Below are positions 39,764 to 49,065 of a stretch of 64,000 bases of DNA, piece by piece. A program made the position numbers and the translations under genes. This DNA is from Octopus bimaculoides. Taxonomy: Eukaryota. Positions within the stretch are counted from its first letter, which is position 1. Every line of letters begins with the position of its first letter. The notes under the pieces are model-generated. The model made no database searches and was not told where the DNA came from. It was given only the letters and a program-made list of their open reading frames with translations. The stretch lies in assembly GCF_001194135.2 (NCBI RefSeq), contig NC_068983.1, positions 122,088,590 to 122,152,589 of the forward strand, in the 5' to 3' direction.

Positions 39764-40905
39764 GTAATTGAATTCATCTGCTCATTTTAAACAATAATAT
39801 AATACTATTAGCACTTATTTCACTTACAAGAGATTCATTAGATCCACATATACCTTATTTCCAACTATATTAAATTTTATCTGGATTTGTTTAGGGGAGG
39901 TGTGGATCTGCTGATTTTCACATTTTCTTGGTTCTTTTCGGTATTTTCTTCACTTTACAATCACCACTACCACTACCACCCTCATGACCATTAGCACCTC
40001 TCAATATTAAGAATTTGAATTCATTCGATTTATCTGTACTCTAAGGTGACTGTATAATCCTATGTTCAATCTCAGAGAACATTGACAATGAGAATATGAA
40101 AACTGGATTGTAGCTGGGTCTCAGGATCGTTACTGCCAGCCTGCTTCCCTCCATCAGTGTCTATAATGGTCATTATCTATATTGATTTTTATTTACATCT
40201 GTCTATGACCATAAATTATTGGTGTGGGGGCAGGAGTGTAGTCAGTTGAATCAATCTCAGTTTAAAACCAACACTTATTTATTGATTCCAGAAAGCTGAA
40301 AAACATTTGCAGAATCCCAAATTCTACAGCATTTTAAATATTAGAATAACTTTTTTTTTTTTTTTGATTTGGTGGCAGAGCTCCAAAGTAATCAGCTTGA
40401 TACCCTAAGTATCTTTTTCTCTATTTTGGTCAATCTGATATTAATTTTATCAATCATAGGCAAATATTTAGGCTAAATTAACTGAGGCAGAATTTAAAGC
40501 AGAGAACCACAGACCCAAATTTGTCATCAGCATCTATTAATTCTCCTTAAACTAATTCTGTCTCTGCTAAATTACAGTTCCATAAAATTTGGATTCTTTT
40601 CTAAATATGATTTCACTTGTACTTTACATATAACTTTGATAATGCAATTAGGATTCTTTTAGAGTAGAGCCAGAAGATACTCAAATATTGAAGACAGATG
40701 GCTTAGCAGTTACGCATTGTGTGAGCTGATATGGTAGCCTCTATCTAGTTGTTTGATGAACTAGAAATAGACGCTAACTCTCCTTTGAATCACTCCCTAC
40801 TGTGTTTAAAAAGGAAGGTTAAATTAGGTAATCTGGTCTTAGACTCACTATATTTTTTGGAATTCTCTCTCTTGCTATGTTTTTTGTGCAGTAATCAACT
40901 TGCAG

Positions 40906-40978
40906 CTGCTTAAGAGGAACATCACCTGTACCGATCTCACCCACCTTGGAGGACTATGGACTCCACTCCTTTCTTTAG
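40906..40978 (+). CDS. Candidate terminal coding exon of RNF212 (uncertain)
   Basis: The acceptor ttgcag at 40900-40905 gives a phase-2-compatible SCLRGTSPVPISPTLEDYGLHSFL*, with an AATAAA about 20 nt downstream. An alternative acceptor at 40891 gives SNQLAAA*, and other candidates exist near 40662 and 41225. Confidence 0.3.
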
Positions 40979-41637
40979 ATCAAACAGTTTAAAAAATAAA
41001 TCTGGAATGAAAAGAAGATAGCCACAATTAGAATACCTTTGATCACTGGTCTTCTAGACTAGAGCTGACTTGGGGATAAATAGCAAGAATTACATATTGA
41101 ATGCAAGGGTAATCTGTACAGATTTAACAATTGACAATTCTTTATACTGACATGCTTTACTGCTTCCTTGTTCTGAGGTCAAGGCTAACTACCTTCAAAA
41201 TATTAATTGACAACATAATCTACAGATTCAGGTGTGAAGCAGCAGCATTCTCACTTTTACTTTTGGATGAGATGTTGGAAAAGGAAGAACTTTACTAATG
41301 CTTCTCTTTTTTCCTTATTTCTTATTGTATTACATATGTAAAAGGTTGATAGTTGCAATAGAGACATTAGTCTCTCTCTATCACCTTTCAACAAAATTAT
41401 ATATTAAGAAACAGTAGAACAATTAATAACATAATAAAAATAAGTTTTATTTTTGGTGATGCTTGGTTTTACAAATCCTGTGTCATTCAGCTTAGCAGCC
41501 GCTGGTTGACTTATAATCAGCATTGGAAGGTTAAGGGCTCCGTTGATGCATGCCAGAGGAGAAAATAGCTGTCGCTTCGAAGGCATCGTGTTAAAGAGAG
41601 TTAGAAAACGAAAGTAGCTCTTTAAGTACTGGTTTTA

Positions 41638-41732
41638 CTACGCATGCGCACTCGAGGGGCTTCCGGGAAGGCAAGTCCCTTGTGCATGTGTAGATTGTAC
41701 TTCCTCAATGGCGGCCATAATTTCGCGCCACT
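41638..41732. promoter_or_regulatory. CpG-rich promoter-like motif cluster (NRF1-, ETS-, YY1- and E2F-like sites)
   Basis: cgcatgcgca 41641-41650, cttccgggaag 41660-41670, aatggcggcc 41707-41716 and tttcgcgcca 41721-41730, in an otherwise CpG-depleted background. Confidence 0.6.
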
Positions 41733-41759
41733 ACACATAGTTATTAAAGTATATTAAGA

Positions 41760-42130
41760 TGCATCACTATATGTTTCGACATGCCTTCATAACATGTTGG
41801 ATACTATGTGTTATGTTGCACTTGTTAAATACAACTTGACACATCACTGCAATGTGTTATGACATACAAGTACAGTGTGTTATAACATACTACTGGTATG
41901 TTATAACATACTACTGGTATGTTATAACATACTACTGGTGTGTTATTACATATTACTAGAATGTGTAATGACATATCACTATAATGTATTATTACTTGCT
42001 ACTACAGTGTATTCACTTATGACTTACAACTACAATGTGGTATGATTTTCCACTAATATATGTTATGACGTATCATTACAATATGGACATATACAGTTTG
42101 TTATGACATACACTATTACAATACACTAGT
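41760..42130. repeat. Degenerate minisatellite including a 21-bp unit tgttataacatactactggta (three near-perfect copies at about 41877-41940)
   Basis: Direct inspection. A compositionally similar degenerate acactatcat / atgtttcact tandem array lies at 2160-2470. Confidence 0.75.
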
Positions 42131-43394
42131 GAGGCCTGCATAATTTCCACAGAATGATAAAAATTGAGAGGATCTATTTAAGATAGAAAGGATTATTTGC
42201 ATTTTTAAATATTCATAACTTTGCTTTCATTAAATATACTTGATGTTTGTCTACATTCATTTGCTTATATCTCTTTTGGTGTTGTCTTTTTTCTCTTTTT
42301 ATTATATCTTCTCACTGTTCCTCTCTGATCCTTGCTCTATATATGTGCACCCTTTCTTCGGCAGCTTGCAACTATGTTTCTTGTGAATCCATAGTTTGGG
42401 CTAAATTAGCTCTTATAAACAAATATCAATTTTTTTAAGCAAGCAGATGATAACTGTTTGCACTTATGTGCATACGTTTAACAATGGTCCCTATAACTGC
42501 TTCCCCTGTTCCTCTCTCTCTATCTACCTTTCTTAAATCTCACTACCAGAGCATCACCCTCTCCTATATATTATATCCGCAACATATCTCTTTCTCTTCA
42601 CCTTTCCCTTCTGCTAACATCTTAACCACATAATAAGTATTCCTTCCCCCACCCCACCACACGTTAACACTTCTCTCTTCCTCTTTTTCTCTCGTTTTTT
42701 ACCTCTACCTTCAGCTGACCATGTGACCGTTTGGCCTAGGTGTACTAATATTAATCACATTTCTCTACTTCTTCCTCTCTTCTTTCTTCACTCTCCCTCC
42801 CTCTCTCTCTCACTCTTACTCCACCTACACCTTTCTAACTAACTAAAGTGTAATGGGCGAATGAACTAGCAGATTATTATATAGATTATGATAACGGTAA
42901 TGATGGAGATACTGTTCTACAAATGTTACAGTAAACTTAATTTTTTTACTTCCAGATAAAAGTTCGTCCTTCTATCAGTAAACCAGAAATACAAGTCCAA
43001 AGAATTTTATATTTCAGACAGCTTTTTCTGTGTTTCCCGGTTAAATTTTGTAATTTTTACAGTTATATTCCTTTTCTAGAGATTTATTTTTAAATCACAA
43101 TAAAAATTTCAGAAAAGATTTTTGTTCTGTCATCATTCTATTTGTGCTGTAAGAAAAATTTCAAGACAGCCAAGGTAAAAAAAAAAGACTAAATAAAATG
43201 AATCCTTATTCTAGAATGATATAAACTTAAAGATGTCAACATTTTTAAGACTGGTTATTATTAATAAGATTATAATTTTAGGACTATTAGCTTCATTTCC
43301 AGAAATGAAATATTTTTTTAATATTTACATCTGTTACACTTTGATCTCTTTTCATCATCAGTGGATGCATAGTGAAGTATTATCCATTATCCAT

Positions 43395-43830
43395 TTTTTC
43401 CGCATGCTGGTTCTGCCTATTCTCCTCTACAGCGCTGAGACCTGAACCAACCTCAAACAGCACCTGAACAAGCTCGAAATGCAGTGTCTTTGTCAGATCC
43501 TTAATGTCTTTCTATGTGACTGAATCTCAAGCAACAACATCCAGGAATAATGCCAGCAGTAGCCAACCATTGAAGACCAAGTCCAGCAGTGAAAGGCTAC
43601 AGTGGTTTGGCCACATCTGCTGGATGAGCACTGGAAGACTACCATACCAACTTCTTGGTGGCAGCAGTTCTTGCACTGGAGAATCCAGTGCAGCACATGA
43701 AAGAAAACATTAGTAAAATAAATTGAAGAAGACCTGAAGTCACAGTGCTTTGACCATGCGAATGCCAAGGCCATTGCCATGGATCAGAAAGTGAGGAATA
43801 ACATCATCACCAGACGAAGACAGGTGGTGT
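43395..43830 (+). mobile_element. Old RTE-like LINE 3' fragment
   Basis: LVLPILLYSAET*T...LEMQCL..IL...RLQWFGHICWMSTGRLPYQLL. Similar old RTE fragments lie at about 1400-1800 (-), 20466-20780 (+) and 51800-52290 (-). Confidence 0.7.
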
Positions 43831-44082
43831 AAACAACAAATGGATGTATTAGTTTAACGCTCGGGAATAGAGAAAGTCTGACGTTTCGAGCTACACTCTT
43901 CAACTGAAAGGAACACAGAAAGAAATAAGGAGAGAAACAAGGAGAAAAAAAATATAAATGTAGTGGTCAGCGATCTATCATGGCGAATGCCGGACAGAAA
44001 GTTCACACAGGAGAGCTAAGAAAAAGGGGAGATAACAAAGGGAAAAGAAGTGGTGAACCCAAGACGAGAAGCTGTGTGTGTG
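43830..44082 (-). mobile_element. Probable Penelope-like terminal-repeat fragment with a decayed hammerhead motif
   Basis: Minus strand at 43878-43906 reads cagttgaagagtgtagctcgaaacgtcag, a minimal type I hammerhead layout with two core substitutions. Confidence 0.5.
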
Positions 44083-45652
44083 TGATATAAAGAAAAAGAT
44101 GTACTTCACTCACATCCTCGTTTGTTCTTATTCTTACTCCCATTCTTTTTCTGCTCTTTTTTAAAAAGACAAACACACTTTACCTATTATTAACTGTTTC
44201 TTATATGTATTAGTCCTCCCAACCTCTTAGACCCTCTGAAGAAGCCTAGAGGCACATTCATCATCTACGCATTATCTACCCATCCCTACAGAACACTGAA
44301 GAGATGAAGATATGGAGGATTTCATTGCCTCTTGGCACAAACGGCCGTAAGGAACTAGCACTTACTGACAATTTGCTCATTTCTGTACTACTAATACATG
44401 TGTATGTATTCATCTGATACACCCAGGGAGAAAAACTAGAGGTAGTTGATAGCTGCCGCTATCTGGGCGACCAAGTTAGTAGTGGGGGTGGGTGCGCTGA
44501 AAGTGTAGCTGCTAGAATAAGAATAGCCTGGGCAAAGTTCAGAGAGCTCTTACCTCTGCTGGCGACAAAGGGACTCTCACTCAGAGTAAAAGGCAGACTG
44601 TATGATGCATGTGTACAAACAGCCATGCTACATGGCAGGGAAACATGGGCTGTGACTGCTGAGGACATGCGTAAGCTCGCAAGGAATGAAGCCAATATTC
44701 TCCGATGGATGAGTAATGTCAGTGTGCATACCCAACAGTGTGTAAGTATCTTGAGAAAAAAGTTGAACATAAGAAGCATCAGTTGTGGTGTGCAAGAGAG
44801 ACAATTGCACTGGTATGGACATGTGGTGAGAATGGATGAGGATAGTTGTGTGAAAAAGTGCCATACCCTAGCAGTTGAGGGAACCCGTGGAAGAGGTAGG
44901 CCCAGGAAGACCTGGGCTGAGGTGGTGAGGCAAGACCTTCTAACATTGGGCCTCACCGAGGCGATGACTTCTGACCGAGACCTTTGGAAATATGCTGTGC
45001 ATGAGAAGACCCGGCAAGCCAAGTGAGACCTAAATCCAAGGCCTCTGCCAGGGGTGTAGCCAGCCCACTTNNNNNNNNNNNNNNNNNNNNNNNNNNNNNN
45101 NNNNNNNNNNNNNNNNNNNNNNNNNNNNNNNNNNNNNNNNNNNNNNNNNNNNNNNNNNNNNNNNNNNNNNNNNNNNNNNNNNNNNNNNNNNNNNNNNNNN
45201 NNNNNNNNNNNNNNNNNNNNNNNNNNNNNNNNNNNNNNNNNNNNNNNNNNNNNNNNNNNNNNNNNNNNNNNNNNNNNNNNNNNNNNNNNNNNNNNNNNNN
45301 NNNNNNNNNNNNNNNNNNNNNNNNNNNNNNNNNNNNNNNNNNNNNNNNNNNNNNNNNNNNNNNNNNNNNNNNNNNNNNNNNNNNNNNNNNNNNNNNNNNN
45401 NNNNNNNNNNNNNNNNNNNNNNNNNNNNNNNNNNNNNNNNNNNNNNNNNNNNNNNNNNNNNNNNNNNNNNNNNNNNNNNNNNNNNNNNNNNNNNNNNNNN
45501 NNNNNNNNNNNNNNNNNNNNNNNNNNNNNNNNNNNNNNNNNNNNNNNNNNNNNNNNNNNNNNNNNNNNNNNNNNNNNNNNNNNNNNNNNNNNNNNNNNNN
45601 NNNNNNNNNNNNNNNNNNNNNNNNNNNNNNNNNNNNNNNNNNNNNNNNNNNN

Positions 45653-45686
<34 letters not shown>

Positions 45687-46078
45687 GGCAACTAAGCAAG
45701 TGAAGAGGATACAAAATTGACAGACATCAGCTAGTAAACATTCTAGTATGTCCATTTCAGGGTGTATTAGATGAATACATACACATGTATTAGTAGTACA
45801 GAAATGAGCAAATTATCAGTAGGTGCTAGTTCCTTACGGCCGATTGTGCCAAGAGGCAACAAAATCCTCCATGATATCTTCATCTCTTCAGTGTTCTGTA
45901 GAAATGTGCCTCTAGGCTTCTTCAGAGGGTCTAAGAGGTTGGGAGGACTAATACATATAAGAAACAGTTAATAATGGGTAAAGTGTGTTTGTCTTTTTAA
46001 AAAAGAGCAGAAAAAGAATGGGTGTAAGAATAAGAACAAACGAGGATGTGAGTGAAGTACATCTTTTTCTTTATATCA
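44083..46078. repeat. Inverted repeat: arms 44083-44424 and 45760-46078
   Basis: The arms are reverse complements with scattered SNPs and one ~25-bp indel; the spacer holds an RTE fragment and an N-gap. Confidence 0.92.
44432..45070 (+). mobile_element. RTE LINE 3' ORF2 fragment running into a gap
   Basis: [18 protein letters not shown]..., and ORF 44625-45026 [22 protein letters not shown]...EKTRQAK*. Confidence 0.9.
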
Positions 46079-46385
46079 ATAAAGGATGTAAAACATCTAG
46101 AGAAAATAGTTTTCGAACGAAGTCAACTGAGTTTCATATTCTACCTTTATTATTCTCACAGTCAAAAATATAAATATCTCTTTGGAAATGTGTAACTAAC
46201 GACGCTATTGTTCACAAATTGCAATATGAAATCGAAAGGTGTTCCAATTGTTTACAAATAACAGCAGTAACTAAGGGAGATAACTCAAAACGCTATTTTT
46301 TTTTTCTGCGTGCGTGTGTGAATGTAAGGATATGGGTGGGGGTGGTTTCTCTACTTTTCTACTTTCATTTACCAAAGAGTAACTG

Positions 46386-46398
46386 TTCCCCGCGAAAA
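46386..46398. promoter_or_regulatory. E2F-like near-palindromic site just upstream of the ORC2 ATG
   Basis: ttccccgcgaaaa (minus strand TTTTCGCGGGGAA) ends 18 nt before the ATG at 46417, within a CpG-retaining region around 46170-46520. Confidence 0.5.
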
Positions 46399-46416
46399 AC
46401 GATTGCTGACTGGAAA

Positions 46417-49028
46417 ATGACGTTGACAGACGACGAAGACTTAACAAAATTAATAGCCGCACGTAAGTCGGTACGAGTGAAGTTTGTCAATGACGAAGAC
46501 ATCGTCCAACACATTGTACATCTGAAAGAAAGAAAGAGAGGTGAGAATAACTTAATTATGCAATTGTGTTTTATTGCTAAAATCTGTCACCAAGTTGTTT
46601 ATGTCAAAATTTACTCTACAACGAAGACACTCCGCTACTTTTAATATGATTTCAATACTTTTATTATTTTTCTGAGAAAGGACTCATTATTAGCAGACAT
46701 TGTCTATTGGTATATATCTGTTTCGTAACTTAATTTCCTGGGAAAATTACGGATTGATAGGGTTGTATGGTTATAATTATTAGTTTATGTCTTTGTTTAA
46801 TGCCAAATCAGCACCAATTGAGCTATGACGCAAAGGTTGTCGATCTAAGATTAGGTGTCCCCCCCCCCATACATCTCATCTACTATTCCAAGTATACTGT
46901 GACTCCGCCGAGCTGGGGACGAATTAATCTAGTGAGATTAGTGTAATTGATATTATGTTCAGTTTGAAAAAAACACAACCGGAGAGTATTCTGAGAAAGA
47001 TGCTTATTAGAGACTTTGTGGCTTAAAATATATTAAAGATGACGAGAAGAGGAAAGTTTGGGGCATTTGTGTGGTCTTAGGAAGTGAAGAGGGAACTGAT
47101 GATGACGATAGAGAGAAAAAATGCGGAAACTATGTATTGGTTAGTGAACCATCAGCAATCGGACAAATATTGCTTTTGGATGTTATCTGATATATATGAA
47201 TTTGTAAGAGACACAGTCTCCAGATTTTAGCAAGTTTCTTGTGTTTTTTGATATCCTATGACTGTTAATGTTGTTTTGATGGTAGCTTGGTCACATTTAA
47301 CTGGCCAGAACCAGTAAAAGTGTATATTACAAAGAGGTCAGCAACTGATGAATGCTTAAGTATTTTCTCCCGCTCAAAAATGAAATCTTGACGTCAAGTT
47401 TTCAACATGTCATTTGAGGCCATGATGAGAAATTGTGAGGTGCAGATAAGTCTGTATTCATTTGTATTTTGCTAGTTTTGATGATCTATTGCAGGTGGCC
47501 TTCCACATATGGAGCGTACAGTTTCCAGCGGAGCCAAAAGACAAGCTGTTATGATTAACGACCAAGAAGTTGTACTTGGAAGCAGTGATGAGGAAGATGA
47601 AGTTTATAAATCCTCAAGAGGTATGAGATTAATTATAGATATTTTCTCATGTGTATTGGAAAGGTAGAGGTGGTCAGTTGGTATGATTGCTTAACTGTTG
47701 ATCTGTAAGTGATTGAATCAAACCTTCTTACAAGTGTTGCATTGTGAGCTTGAACAAGATACTTAACTAAATTCTGTTCATCTAAACTAGAATTTTTGGA
47801 GACATTCACTCTTTACAATTGAGTTTGGTTAGAAAAGATATTCAGCTGTACTTACCAGTGTACAAACCACAAAACTATACTTATTACTTGTTCTTACACT
47901 TTTTGAAAATATATAAATTTACATAACCTATCAACCCATTACAATATGAAAATTGGCAGACCATTGTTCATTGGTGCATCTTAAACTATAATGATGCACC
48001 TGTTTACAACCCACTACATTCTTTTCTACTCTTGGCACAAGGCCCGAAACTTTTGGGGAGGGGGCTGGTCAATTAGATCGACCCAGTATGCAACTGGTAC
48101 TTAATTTATCGACCCTGAAAGGATGAAAGGCAAAGTCGATCTCGGCAGAATTTGAACTCAGAACGTAAAGACAGACAAAATACTGCTAAGCATTTTGCCC
48201 AGTGTCCTAATGTTTCTGCCAGCTAGCCACCTTACGACCCACTACATTGGCATTATTAATACCCTGTGTTAACCAGATTACTACATACAATGCTAATGAT
48301 CAATCTACAAACTACAAGGTGTACCAACCATTTTACAGACCACAGTGCTGTTCAAATAATTGCTATTGAACAAAAACAGATATTTGATCATTGAGACTAT
48401 AATCTAAAGTAAAGATTATTTCCAATTAAAAGGAAAACTGCAAATCTTTTATTTTTGTGAAATTTATTGCAGATATTGAAGTTGTTTTTCAATGAAAATT
48501 TACATTTATTTCTAGTTGTCATTAATTTTTATTTTTTGTTTTTATTTTATATTTTTTTAATTATTACCTGAAAAAGCTTTGGTGAATGATGGAGTTGCTG
48601 GTGGTAAAGATTTGTTTACTTTTCGAACACCCAAGAAATCAAATTCAATGACTCAAAAAGGTAAATTGTTCAACTTATCAAGTTTTCAATTTAATTTCTT
48701 CCTTCTGACTGGTTTTTATCATCTTCTCCAGACCTTCAGTTTCTGTTGTAGCTGTGTTCTCCACCACCTTACTTTCATTTATTCTCAATAAGTAATGAAA
48801 TATACTGCCTCATTCAATTGTCTCAGTCAGTATAGAAACACTGACCTAAGTTAGAAGCTGTAGCTAAGCAACTTATTGATCTAGCATCCTAAAGACTTTA
48901 GATGTCCAGCCACTAGTATTTGTTTCTAAAAAAAATTGTGGTTTACTGAAAGGAACATCTGCATATTTCTTAAAATGGCTTAACGAAGGACATTTGATGA
49001 TGAAATATATTATGTATATATAATAATT

Positions 49029-49065
<37 letters not shown>

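Noticed and set aside
41520-41545. cccttaacc on the minus strand as a possible telomerase RNA template
   Set aside because: Does not match the CUAACCCUAA template needed for TTAGGG repeats; no H/ACA domain recognised.
44459-45755. Long ORFs of 200-410 aa in the track (also 3765-4337, 17614-18329, 32121-32827, 52666-53130, 58984-59511)
   Set aside because: They run through N-gaps (X residues), microsatellites, or the antisense strand of RTE copies; they are not genes.
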